Shown: piece by piece, positions 11,900 through 23,962 of the stretch
Numbering within the stretch: the stretch's first letter is position 1
Layout: the number at the start of each line of letters is the position of its first letter
Assembly (NCBI GenBank): GCA_965603825.1
Contig: CBFDEM010000048.1
Location: forward strand, 372,001 to 436,000
Origin: Blepharisma stoltei ATCC 30299
Taxonomy: Eukaryota; Protista; Ciliophora
Length of the DNA stretch: 64,000 nt
Reading direction: 5' to 3'
Position numbers and translations under genes: made by a program
Notes under the pieces: generated by a model
Seen by the model: only the letters and a program-made list of their open reading frames with translations
Told to the model about the DNA's origin: nothing
Databases searched by the model: none

Positions 11900-12964
11900 A
11901 ACCACAGATTATTATGGAATCTGAAATTAGGCATAGTTGCTATTTTAAGTGAAATAAGTATTTTTAAGAGATATAAGAAAGGGATCAGCGATATTGACTT
12001 ATATTATTTATATAGATTCAACGGATAGCTGTCAGTTTGTTTTTTCATTAATCATTACTTTTTTTGCAATTTTTGGAGTCTAATTTTAATTTCTATTGAT
12101 ATTTGAAAGAAAAGATTAAAATATATATTTCCTTATATGAATCTAAATGCACATTAATTATTTTAAAATTGATAATGATTATGCTACTAGCTTAGAACAA
12201 AAAGATTAATTTCAATATCATTAAGCGTTGCTATTTATTCTCTTATTCAGTAAAATTATGTAAAATTTTAGACAATAATATGATATGTATTTTTTATAAC
12301 TGCAATTTTATTATTCTTAGATAATTTTTCTGATGTTTAATATCTCTCCATATTTTAGTGATAGATAAATTGCCAAAATTTAAGCAAAGAATAATAAATT
12401 TAATATTATTGTAAATTAATAGCAAGCATTATGATTGAACAGATACAGTGATAAAAAGTTTACTTTAAATCAAGGAATACGCTTATCAAATAAAATATCG
12501 TATATATTCCAAAAGTAAGCAGCAAAAAAATTAATCAAAAACATGCTTCTAATGTTCTAGTTAATATAATAAGATCCAGCCCCAATAGCCTTCTGAAATA
12601 TAATGCTCTTTAAATCTAACGTAAACTTATATCATTCGTATTATTAAATACTTAGCCATTTATATCATGTTCTTATGAAAAATAATTGCAGAGAACCTAC
12701 TGATCATTCACTCTTATAAAATACAATGCTGAATTTCTAGATTTGCAGATATTTAAGGAGCCCAACATTAAATCAATAAGTTTTTTAAGATATCAGTAGC
12801 TTTTTCGCATCACAAATACTCATATTAGTTAACAGAATTTCAATAATCTTTGACTTATCCAATTCAATATAATTATTCTAAATAGTGAAAATTAATATTA
12901 TTGACAGTGAGCATTTCCGAACATATTTAAGTGGTTAATTAAGCGATTAAAAGCTGCCGTGCCT

Positions 12965-13426
12965 TTACTTGTTAATATGGACGTTCTGAATATGAGTCTT
13001 CAAGATGTACTTCGTATAAAACTTCTTAGAACAAATGCTGCATTTATGCGCCCTTTTTCTATTGCTGTGTTTTTTGCCTACATGCTGCTTGAATCCTTGC
13101 TGACTAGCAAATGATTTTCGACACGCGCTGCAATAAGAGCTATCATTTTCTGTATTTTCAATTATATTATTTTGTTGACCATCCTCAATAGAATTTTCAG
13201 CCGAATAGCATTGAATTGCTACCATGATTAAAAACTCGATGGAATCTATAAGTAGACCTGTAGGCCACCCATAGTGATTACATTCTAATTCGGTGTTTAT
13301 TTCGATCTGATTTCCAGTCATAGCTGATTGATGGCTATAAAAAGGATAGAAATTCCCATCTGGATTCCTGTTTAGGATATTCCAGATTAGGAGGTCCCAA
13401 TTACTCCAATGGCTATCTGATGTCAT
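12965..13426 (-). CDS. C2H2 zinc-finger protein (two fingers)
   Basis: CSACRKSF...HVGKKH and CSICSKKF...HIQNVH. Confidence 0.8.
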   Translation of the reverse strand: MTSDSHWSNWDLLIWNILNRNPDGNFYPFYSHQSAMTGNQIEINTELECNHYGWPTGLLIDSIEFLIMVAIQCYSAENSIEDGQQNNIIENTENDSSYCSACRKSFASQQGFKQHVGKKHSNRKRAHKCSICSKKFYTKYILKTHIQNVHINK

Positions 13427-14550
13427 AAGCCTAAATATTTATTATATTATGATAGCAAATTATGGTAATGCCAGAATGGTATATAATCATTTTTTATTTC
13501 AGTCTGATATTACAAAAAATCAATTTCTTGAACTTATATTGTTGGCATTAGAAAAATATAGGAAAATTCGAGATTTGGACTGCTCGAAAAAAACAAATTA
13601 TTGCTTATTCAGATTTTTGCTCATGATAGTAAGCATTGGTAAATGCAAATGGCTTCATATTTACTGCCATATTAATAAAATCTAATAGTCATAAAAAATA
13701 ATAAAGCATGCTCATTGAATTAAAGTCATCATCAAGCACAATCTGTTTTAATAAGGAAATCTATTTTCTTATCTTTTAAATCTCTTTTTGCATAAGATTT
13801 ATAACATTTAAATCTCACTAGGAATTACTACATTTGATCTTCCGTTTTTTACACATTTTGAACTATAAAAAATCTTGGCTTCAGTCTGCTGTTTTATCAG
13901 CTTACTATGAAATCCCTTTATCATTATGAAGCAAAATAATTAATATGGTGTGCTTTGAGTTTATTTTTTTACTGTCAATTTTTCGTTTTTGAAGCATAAA
14001 TACTTTGAAAATTAGATTCGCATGATAAGATTATAGGTGTTTTGTTGGGTAAAGCTTAAAGAAAAGAGAGATCAGAATTGCAATCAAAATTACTGACTAT
14101 CAGCCTTAACGTGTGTTTTGGAATCTACTCTCAAAAATAGATATGGGAGCTCAATTTTTGAAGCAAATAGCTTATTAAAATACAAATGAGCTATTTTGGT
14201 TCGTGCATTCTTCTTACTCTCTAGTTCAGTAATCAATGAGATCATATTTTTTAAATTAAAATTCTTCAAGATAAATAAAATTTTTAAATGAAAATTATCA
14301 GTTATTCAGCATTCAGGTTGCTCAATCTATATATTTATAAATAAATAAATAAATAACGATTAATTTATGAAAACTACGACTAATAGCATTAATTTTAAGT
14401 CAGTTTGTATTCAATATGAAAATTGAAAATATAAAAATTTTGATTATAAAGGTATTAAATTACGAATTTATTCAGAATTTTAGACGGAAAGCTTGCAACT
14501 GCGCAAGTTATTTGATCATAAAATTTCCATTTATATACTAAACTATATAT

Positions 14551-15561
14551 ATGCTAGGGTGGGCAATCGCAATCATAGCACTTGCTGCTTCTATGATCAC
14601 ATCTCCTATTTGGATCCCGATAGCTGTTTTTTTCTCTTTAATTCTAGCATTTTGGCTAGCTGTGATCTACGCTGGCTTACGATTATTTGGATATTGGGAA
14701 ATAGTCTATCAGAAAGGCGATGATCTATATGAATGACTGATCTTTAAAAGTGATAAGCCCAGAAAAATTATTTGGAAATCATTTTACAACTTATTATGCA
14801 GGTTTACATTCAAAAGAAACTGAAAAGTAATGAACTATGGGTATGCAGAACACTCTGAAAAAGGCCACATAATTGACTTGGATCCTGAAGAAGAAACAGA
14901 AAGATACCAGTATCAGATGTATCATTATATTGCATCAGGTCTTAAAAAATTCCAAAGTCTCTCAGGAAAGCATATTTTAGAAGTTGGAAGTGGCCGAGGA
15001 GGTGGGTTAGCTTATATAACCAAAGTTTTGTCACCAATATCTGCTGTCGGCATTGATTACTCACAAACTCAAATAGATTGGTGCAACAAAACCTATAATA
15101 TCCCAAACCTCAAATTTGCATATGGAGATGCTGAGCATTTGCCGGTCCACGACAGCTGTGTTGATATAGTCATAAACATTGAAAGCAGCCACTGCTATGG
15201 GAATCTAAAAGCTTTTGTAGAAGAAGTCAAAAGAGTCCTCAAGCCAGGCGGGCATTTTTTGATTGCTGATTTTATAGATAGACAAGAGCTTGCATTAAGA
15301 GAAGACACATTAAATTCGTGTGGCCTTCAGCTAATTGAAAGAAAAGATATCACAGAAAATGTCATCTTGGCATTAAATTTAGACGAAAAACGTAAAATAA
15401 ACTCAATAAACAGCGCCCCAAAAATATTCAGAAAAATTCTCAGAGAATTCGCTGGAACTGAAAATTCCCGCATGTCTAAAAGCTTCAATGCAGGGAATAC
15501 AGGCTATATAGCTTATCATTTTATGAAGCCAAAGTCTTCAGAAGAGCTTACTTTTTCATAA
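14551..15561 (+). CDS. Class I SAM-dependent methyltransferase with N-terminal TM anchor, resembling bacterial phthiotriol/phenolphthiotriol methyltransferases
   Basis: TGA=Trp at 14734 and 14821 fuses two track ORFs. MNYGY, LEVGSGRGGG, GDAEHLP, NIESSHCY, LKPGG. Confidence 0.85.
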
Positions 15562-15615
15562 TTAAATAAATTGACTATTATATTTGAACACCTTAGTGAT
15601 AATCTTTTAACTAGA

Positions 15616-16014
15616 TTATTCAATTGGTTGTCCTTCAAGCACATTCACTCTCTTCATGCCTAATAAGATTGGGAGAAGTGGATAAAGTGGCAGTAAAGCC
15701 CAACGAAGCATCCAAACTTTATCAAAGAATGAATCAAGTTTTCCTCTATTGTGAGCGTCTTTTAGATGGTAAAAGATTTTTGGTTGAGCACAATTTTCAA
15801 CACATTCAACCCATTGTCTGAATCTGAAAATGCATTTTTTCTCACTATCGACTCCTTTGATGATTTTTAGAGCTGCTTCACATCTTTCGACCATAGCTTT
15901 GTAATCTAGACACTTGGGCTTGCACCATTCAAGGACGAATGGTTTTGGATCTTCACCTTTTTGGAGGGTTTCTAAGACTTTATGATGTAGTTGATCCTCT
16001 GATAAATCAGCCAT
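15616..16014 (-). CDS. UQCRH: Cytochrome bc1 hinge protein (QCR6) with C-terminal hydrophobic extension
   Basis: DPK...CKPKC...ERC...C...CVENCAQPKIF Cys pattern. Confidence 0.8.
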   Translation of the reverse strand: MADLSEDQLHHKVLETLQKGEDPKPFVLEWCKPKCLDYKAMVERCEAALKIIKGVDSEKKCIFRFRQWVECVENCAQPKIFYHLKDAHNRGKLDSFFDKVWMLRWALLPLYPLLPILLGMKRVNVLEGQPIE

Positions 16015-16405
16015 TATTTATAAACCATTTAAGAATGCTGCTGGTAATGTTTTGGATTAGGTGATTTCAGAGGAGATAAAGAAAAAGGGCTCTTTTATAC
16101 AAAAGTTTCTGAGATAATATTTTACAATTAACTAAAATCTCAAAATCAGGGAAAATATGGGTAAATAATTCTAGATAAGCCGAGAATAATTAAAAGGTAA
16201 TTTATATTTTAATATTAAAAAAATTTTAAACCAATCTAATAGCTATTCCCATCATAACTTTCTTAATAAAGCTTATTACGATTTGTTTGTGATTTAAATT
16301 TATTATGGCAGTTACAGGTATTAAGGCTTTGACTGATTTTAAGAAAAGTGTCCATTTTCAGTATATTCTGTTAGAACAAATATGACTTATATAATAAAAA
16401 AATAA

Positions 16406-16807
16406 ATGCGTCTTATCAATCTTCTATTTAAATGTTTTGCTCGAATTGAAGACAAAGATAGCGATAATTTAAACCAATCTGTAGAAGCAATTCTAAAGAA
16501 AGGCGACAAAGAATCAAGTTTCTGTGAAAATAATGACAAAACTGCTATTTCTGACAGCAAATTAGATATTTCAAAAATAAAAGACAGTGATGAAAAGTCA
16601 GAACCAAAAATTTCCTACAAAATCCTTCTGTTTAATCTTGAAGAATCCCCTGATCCTATTATTCTTTTTGAAAGAAAAGAAAAGGGCCAGCCAAAAACGA
16701 TAAAAAAAAGTAAGAAAAAGGTCGGCAAAAGTAAAGAAAATAAAAAGAAATCAAGGAAAGGAATGAGAAAAACAAAGAAAGAAAATACAATTCTAATGCA
16801 ATTATAA
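16406..16807 (+). CDS. Hypothetical Lys-rich protein
   Basis: 133-aa ATG-to-TAA ORF, low complexity. Confidence 0.5.
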   Translation: MRLINLLFKCFARIEDKDSDNLNQSVEAILKKGDKESSFCENNDKTAISDSKLDISKIKDSDEKSEPKISYKILLFNLEESPDPIILFERKEKGQPKTIKKSKKKVGKSKENKKKSRKGMRKTKKENTILMQL

Positions 16808-17117
16808 TTCAAGGCCTAAATATTTAACATATCTTTTGTAAATTATAATAATGATTTATTTTAAATATGTTGTTAGTTCTTAATTTCCATTATAAAAATG
16901 CATTGAGCCTTACTTACGCAATTTTTTGACGAATTTTTGAAAAATCTGCTTTATTTCAGCCTAATTGCAAATAGCTATAGAGCCACAAGAATTAAAGAAA
17001 TCCTAAATTAGTAAAAATATGATTTTATGAAATAAATAAGCTACTATATTGAATAACTTTTATATAATGACTTTGAAGTAAATTCACTGATATTATTAAG
17101 CCTACAAAAGACAAAAA

Positions 17118-18563
17118 ATGGACTCTCTTCTTATGAAAGAACTAAACGTCACTAGTGGCCTCAGAAACAAGCTAAGCGACATTTACAGCGATTTTACTCA
17201 CTATGGTCAATTTCTGAATGTTGATCCAAGCTTCTTCTTATGCTTTGGTATCTCATATATACACTCCCTGATCGCATTTAAAACCTTATACTCAGGAGAA
17301 GCCAATCAAGCTACTTTTCATGACCCTTTCTGGAAGCATTTAGAAGACTACAATCGGCGTGTTATAAATCTAGTTGAATCATCTTCAATTCTTTCTGCTT
17401 ACGATAAGCAATGCTTCAGCAATTATTTAAAATTAGTTTCCCATTTAAAAGCAAAAACAAACGGGGAAGATGCTATGAGGACATTTTATGGATATTTAAC
17501 CAACAAGACAAAAGTTTGTAGAGGAATTGAAATTGGGTTTAGAGCGATCATGTGTCTATATGCAGATACCCAAGAAGAATGCAATCAGCTTCTAATAGGA
17601 GAATTTATATACTCAACAGAGAAAAAACGATTTTTAGGAGAAATTTCCCAAGCATTAAATGCTAAAATTATATTAATCAATAATATGCCAAGAAACGAAG
17701 AATTCAAATGGGGCCATAAATTAATTTCCACAAATACAGGTGTAGAGTCTCCGATTGTCACACTACTTATGAAATCAACTACGAAATTTCAAGTTTTATT
17801 TTATAAAGAATGTATTGCCTCAAGTAAGGGTGGATTTATCTTTCATATCCCTGCTAAGCCGATTGATTTGAAAAAATTGAATTTGTATCCATATATAAAA
17901 GAAAAGCATAAGATACCGCATCGATTACCATCTATAGCCAATCGTAGTGCTGACAACCTTGAAGAAAAAACAGACGTAGTCGACCTAATCCAACGTCTTT
18001 CAGAGCTTTGCATAAAATATGTCTCACAAAAAGAAAAAGATGCTTTAAATAAAGATTTTGGGAATTTTATAAATAATCATCCTAATTTGAGAGGAAGTAG
18101 ACTTGACTTATTATTGCATTCCGAGTCTGAAAATAAAAAAATCCAAACGATTCAAGAAGGTATTAAAAGAGAGTCTGAAATATGGAAAGCCCTCAAGGTA
18201 AATGCTGAGTTTAAAAATAATGTTGGGGCAAGCATTCAGAGCATCGATAAAGCAATCAGCGACTTGAGTAAAAAATTTTTTGATAAAACTTGCCAAATGA
18301 TGCAAGAACTTGAAAAAAGGACTTTAAGGTTGCAAAAAAGTCTAAGAGTTACAAAAAGGATTATTGATGAAGCAAAAGAAAATTTGCGACAAGCTCAGAT
18401 GGCAGAGGATGGAAATCTCTATGAAGATCTATCTGGGAAACTCTGAGAGTATAATTTATCTATTACTCGTCTTCAAGGTGATTTTTTGCAAAAATATGAC
18501 AATTACCAAGAAATACTGAATTCGATGTTTAAAGATATTGAGCTTGAATCAGCTGCTACTTAA
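17118..18563 (+). CDS. Hypothetical protein with degenerate otubain(C65)-like N-domain and C-terminal coiled coil
   Basis: ORF extends through TGA=Trp (18444) to TAA at 18563. The motif resemblance was judged by eye. Confidence 0.7.
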
Positions 18564-18641
18564 AAATAATTTAATTAATTCTGCCCATTCCTACAAAGAA
18601 TTTTTAAACTATCAATTTAAATAGCTTATTCTCATTAACTC

Positions 18642-20730
18642 CTAAGACTCTATTAAAAGCTCTTGAATTGTCGCCGTCTGAATTCGGATATCTTCCACAA
18701 ACCCGCTCCAATCAGGTCTAATCGTATCTTTCAAAACTTCAAATTCTAAGCCCACCCCTGTACAATTAAAGCTGATAATTTCTTCAATATCGTTATCAGC
18801 CATTATAGGTCTCAAAATAGGAGGCGTCAAAGTAGGTGGCAGTTTCGGGGCAGGCCTCAATATAGCGACCCCTCTATTATCTTCATATTTTCCAGTAATA
18901 TTGGACCTGACATCAGCGTCAAAATCGTGGCTTAATTTTGTGTTTAATCCGATCCAATACTCATTTGCGGGATTTTTTTTGAGACCTTTTTTGACGACTA
19001 GTGAACAGGCGATACGGACGTTTACGACAGGATCATTTACAATCGCTGATAATTCTTCGCCAAATAGGTTTTGGAAATCTGGGATGTCTATTAGGTGAAG
19101 GGAAGATTGAGCGAAAACTAGTCTAGTTGTATAGGTTGGGTCAATGGCAAAAGTTTTTATTTCTTGAATTATTTCTGTGTTGTTGCCAGTTGTAAGTATT
19201 AATGCGCCTGCTTTTCCTAGACCTAGTGAGGCCGTATCTCTAATTTTAGCGATTTTATCTTTGCATAGTTCGACAATTACTGGTCATATGTCTCCAAGTA
19301 CAACAGAAATTGGGTAGAGATCAACTAAATCTTCTAATTGTTTAGCAATTGCATATCTTGTTCTCCAAATTCCTGCATTTTTTGATCCTTTTTTGATATA
19401 TTGCAAAAAAACAGGTCTTGACTCTTCTTTGATATATTTCAAAAAATTGCTTAAATTTTCTAACGCAACATTTTTGGCAGGATTAGTTTCTAAGAACATT
19501 CCTTGAAAAACAGTTACTAAGTCATTACTTGCATTCTCAGGGCCTATAATTTTTGCTACCTCATGTATGCTTGCCGCAATGCTTTTTTTCGCTATATTTT
19601 CTCCTTCACTACACAGTTGGAAATAAGGATGGCATAAAGTGACCCACGCCTCTGGCCCCATAATTTGTAAAACCCCAGGCAGATAAAATGCACAGTGATG
19701 CTGAAATTCCCCTTTACTAGCACTATTTTGTGATAGAGCTGTAAACTGGTCTAAAATAGTTTCTGGTAAAGGTGCTTTAGAGTTTGCAATAATTTCTCCT
19801 AATTGTAACAGAGCTGCTTGCTTAACAGAATTTGATTTATCTTTCATTAATTCTAAAAATCGTGGCTGGAGTGTTTTTATTTGTGTTTCTTCATTATATG
19901 CTTGAATCATCGTTGAAAACCCTTCCACACAGCATTTTCTTACTCCCCAGATTGCATCATGACTAAGTGCTATATAAATATTCAGTAATTTTTCTAGATA
20001 TACAGGGTCTGACACCTGCTTAGCTGCCTTAGGGACACAATACGCAATTAATTTTCGAATTTTTACTATTGGATCTGTGGCAAGTGATGCGATTTCAGGG
20101 ACTACAAAATGTTCACAAATGTCTGAAGCGATAAAAGGAATGATGTCTTTTAGGGCTGCAATGCCTTTTAGCTTGTTTTCTTCTTCTTCATCATGTGTTA
20201 GTCTTAGGACAAGTGTTAAGATAACACCTTCTCTTTCATCTTTCTGTACAATTGGGGTTAGTTCAATTGCTGCTTCACAAGCAGCTTTTACAACCTCAGG
20301 GTTAGAGTCGCTTAACATTTTGTCTAAGCAAGGTAAAATCTGTTGGACGACATCTGGGTAAGAGTCCATTTCTTTGATAAAAACATTAGCTAAATGAGGG
20401 AGTTGTAAGGCGAATTCAGTTCTCACTTCAGGCTGGTCTTCAATCTGGCTGATTATAACTTACGACTTTTCGAAATAAATTAAACGCGAACTCTTTTGAG
20501 GACTTCCCTAGCTGCTGGAGAAGTTCTGGGAGGTTCCTGGTGAATTTTATACGGTCTGATATTGAAGTTGAAATTACGTATTGAGTGATTTTGAACAGCG
20601 CGAAGTCTGTAGAAAGGTCGCCGGTTTTTCTAGGAAAAGAGATAGAGCCTGGACCGTTTAAATCATCATTATCAAGTGCCGAACCTTCAGGGAGATTTAG
20701 CATTATGTCTGCTCGTGCTGAGAATTCCAT
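18642..20730 (-). CDS. HEAT-repeat phosphatase scaffold, PP4R1/PP2A-A-like
   Basis: DAIWGVRKCC, HCAFYLPGV, WRTRYAIAKQL, DPVVNVR. TGA=Trp at 19284. Needs a 3n+1 intron near 20445-20463. Confidence 0.85.
20445..20463 (-). other. Putative 19-nt intron
   Basis: GTAAGTTATAATCAGCCAG is the simplest GT-AG removal that restores the frame (RKV|IEDQPEVRTEF). Confidence 0.6.
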
Positions 20731-20752
20731 ATTATAATGAGTTATCATTAAG

Positions 20753-21163
20753 CTAATAATCAGAGTCAGAACTATAGCGCTTACGGCCTTGTCGTTTACC
20801 TTTGCGAGGGGGCTCGTCCCATGATTCTTCGGATTCGGATTCTTGGGATTCAGATTCAATGTAATCTTCATCTGAAATTTGGCTTTCTTCACTAGGCTGC
20901 TCAGCGTCGCTGTATGACTCTTCTGAAGAAGGAGTTTTTGGCTTGGGGTTCTTGAGAATTTTAATTTTTATGTTTGGGGTGCTATCGCTTTCATCTGAAA
21001 GCAAGACGCTTTCTTCATCAGAATTTTGTGTAGACTGTTGTTTTTCTTGGAAATTTCCATTTTGCTTAGCATCGATAATTTCAACTTTTGTTTTTTTTGT
21101 CGGGCTCCCTAATCTTGGCTCCGTGTTTTCATCTTGGCGCTTTATAGGCAGATTTCCAGACAT
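20753..21163 (-). CDS. Acidic low-complexity protein with basic NLS-like patches
   Basis: 136-aa ATG-to-TAG ORF; S/E-rich. Confidence 0.6.
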   Translation of the reverse strand: MSGNLPIKRQDENTEPRLGSPTKKTKVEIIDAKQNGNFQEKQQSTQNSDEESVLLSDESDSTPNIKIKILKNPKPKTPSSEESYSDAEQPSEESQISDEDYIESESQESESEESWDEPPRKGKRQGRKRYSSDSDY

Positions 21164-21214
21164 TATTTATTTTATTTTCTTTAAAAACGTTTGTTTATTA
21201 AAATATTGCTTTTA

Positions 21215-22744
21215 TTAATGTACATAGAAGGGGTTCATTCTGAACATATTGTGATCAGATTTCGTGACCCGCTTAAGCTTCCGTTGGCTTGTCCACATTT
21301 CCCGCTTGAGTTTGTATTCTCATTCATCAATGCATATTTGGTCTTCTATATTTTGAATATTAATTACTGCAATTCTTTCTTGTTTTGGGCTTAAATAAAG
21401 TGGAGAAGCCAATGAGCTTGATGATTTTGATTTTAGCATGTGGATGTTTCTCAGGCCTTCTTTATATTTTTGTTTAATTCGAATTTTTTCTGAACGGAGA
21501 GTTTTATAGCCTAGATAATTTGAAGGAGTTTTTGGCTTATTAAAGCCAATAAGTTCTTGGTTAGAAGATGATATAGGAGTCATACATGACAATTTTGGTG
21601 TTGACGGGAACTTTGATGATGAAGATTTTCTGTGATAATTATTTGATGTGGCTATATTTTGTGGAATTTCAACAGGAGACTCGTCATTGGCTATGTGTAT
21701 AAGGCCAACATTTATTTTTTGTAGCTTTACAGCTTTTTCTAGTACTCCTTGTCTTGAGCCTTGTTTGCTTAAATTTCATGATTTAAATAGCTCTTTTCCT
21801 TCATCAGTTACAAGAACATATTTTGTAAAATTTTCTTTAGAAATAATCAAGACATTTCCTACCTCAGAAATGCATTGACAGGAAGTAGACCTTCTATGGC
21901 TGTCTGAAAGCGCGTCTTCTTCGCCTATGATTTCACCTTTTCCAAGAATTGCAAGCTGTGTATTTGATTTGTGATTTTTATACAGTAAGCTCGATTTTCT
22001 AGGAAAATCTCTATCAGATTTTACTTGCAGGCTGATTTTTTTTGAAATTCTAAATTCACCGTCTTGAATGAAGAAAATATCTTCAGCCCTTTCGCTTTCT
22101 TTATATAAAAATTGTCCTCTTCGGAGTCTTTTTGGTTTAAAATAATTTCCTAGTTTTTGGATATAGTGCCTAGTCAAGCTTTGGAGGACTGGCAATTTAT
22201 GTAGCACTTCAATAATAGAATTAACTTTTTCGCTTAGCATTTTATCTAAAATCCATTTGAAATCGCTTGTCTCTATAACTCCTATATGACATGCCGTTTT
22301 GCATTGATAACTTAAAAAATGTATTAATCCCGCAAAATTTTCAGTCGGTCCAAAATGATCCCCAGCCACAAGTTCTCCAACTTGATTATTATCTGTCATA
22401 ACTTTAACACTTCCATACAAAATAACATAAATGCAATGGGTTGAATCACCTTGATGACATATAAAACTATCTGCTTTATGAAACATATAAGTCATATATT
22501 TGCAGCATAATACCACAAATTCTTCAGAATGCTGCTCATTGAGAGCTTGGAAAAACTTTAAAGAATTTGCTGTGACTGCAATCCTTTGTAGGAGATCTGG
22601 AGATCTGTCTTTTATTTGAAGCCTTAGAGCAGAGATAAGGACTTTGAATTGGTCTCGCTCAAATGTAGGCATATCAGTTTGAAGGGATTCAGCTGAAAGC
22701 TGGGAATTTCTTTTCTCTGTGTATATGGATGCAGTTTGAGACAT
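21215..22744 (-). CDS. Tandem cyclic-nucleotide-binding domain protein
   Basis: HQGD...YVILYGSV...GDHFG and FFIQDGEF...GEIIGEE. TGA=Trp at 21776 and 21320 extends the CDS to TAA at 21215. Confidence 0.85.
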
Positions 22745-23105
22745 CTTAGATATATTTTTTTAATTGTGACAGCAAAAGCGGTGAAAATCCATAAATGGAA
22801 ATAAAATTTTATTTTATTAATAATCCTGGATATAGCAAATTTGAGAGATGTAGAGAAAGGATATGAATTATGGGAGAGGTGTGCTGTTATGAAAAATAAT
22901 TAAAATTAATTTAAAAGGTATTTCTTTCTATGTTTCGGGCATATTTTTATTAATTTTTGATTTTAGGTAATTTTTACTTACTTTATTTAAACACAATATC
23001 TACGAGTGCAAATCATTGACAACTAATAATTATAATTATAATATAAAATAGATATTATAAACAAATTAAATAGTAAACCTGGCATAGAATTAAAGCTTAT
23101 TTAAG

Positions 23106-23942
23106 CTAATAAGGAGTCATAACTTGCATACGATTTGATAAGAAATTAACTGAAAGTTCATCAACAGCTTCATACATCTCACTTTCAGTTATAGTTCCAT
23201 CTCTCAGTTTCATTAATAACACTTCATAATTTGGCCCAGCCTTATAATCTTTAGCAGGGAACTCCCTAACTTTTACCCCAGCGAATTCTTTTTCAACAAC
23301 TGAATAAACTTCTCCAAGTGAATCTACCAATCCAAGCTCAATAGCTTTTTTTGCAATAAATGAGTCTCCGCTAAAAATTTTTTTTTCTAATTCTGCATCT
23401 CTTGGAATCCTATTCCCTCTGGATTCCAATACGTGTTTCTTAAAAATATTTAGCCATTCTCCTAAAATCCCTTTTAACCATGCTTCGTCTTCTGATTTGA
23501 CTTTTTCAAAAGAATTCAGTCTAAGCTTATGCTTCCCATGCGCGACGTTCTGAAGAGTCACTTGGAATTGTTTGCTGAACTCTGTAAGTCCTAAGGTGTT
23601 ATAATTTACAGAAATGTTCCCAATTATCGAATGAGGATCTGCAAATACTTTATTACCAGACGCTAATATATAATAACCAGGCCCAGCCGCTATATCTTGT
23701 GCGAATGTATAAATCGGACAATCAAATTTATCACTCGCCGCCTTCAGCATATGCACAATTTGCTGGGCTTGTCCAAAAGATCCATGTGCCGTGTTAATTG
23801 AAACAGCAATCATTTTAGGACTGCTCCACCTCAGCTTATGCAAGTCTTCTTCCAATTTTAAAGCTGTTTTCTGATTAACTGCCCCTGAAATGTGAGTATG
23901 TGCAACTATAGATTTGAGAGATTTGGCAAACCTTGCAATCAT
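23106..23942 (-). CDS. Peptidase S49 (SppA-like) family protein, probably catalytically inactive
   Basis: VSINTAHGS, FAQDIAAGPGYYIL, IIGNISV, GKHK, IFSG...AIELGLVD. Confidence 0.85.
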   Translation of the reverse strand: MIARFAKSLKSIVAHTHISGAVNQKTALKLEEDLHKLRWSSPKMIAVSINTAHGSFGQAQQIVHMLKAASDKFDCPIYTFAQDIAAGPGYYILASGNKVFADPHSIIGNISVNYNTLGLTEFSKQFQVTLQNVAHGKHKLRLNSFEKVKSEDEAWLKGILGEWLNIFKKHVLESRGNRIPRDAELEKKIFSGDSFIAKKAIELGLVDSLGEVYSVVEKEFAGVKVREFPAKDYKAGPNYEVLLMKLRDGTITESEMYEAVDELSVNFLSNRMQVMTPY

Positions 23943-23962
23943 ATAATATATTAGTGGTCAAA

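Noticed and set aside
13449-13685. 78-aa ORF
   Set aside because: AT-rich intergenic composition with no motif.
14337-14356. (TAAA)n microsatellite
   Set aside because: Short and expected in AT-rich DNA.
20731-20892. N-terminal extension of track ORF 20440-20892
   Set aside because: It overlaps the 20753-21163 gene in another frame; ATG 20730 is the likelier start.
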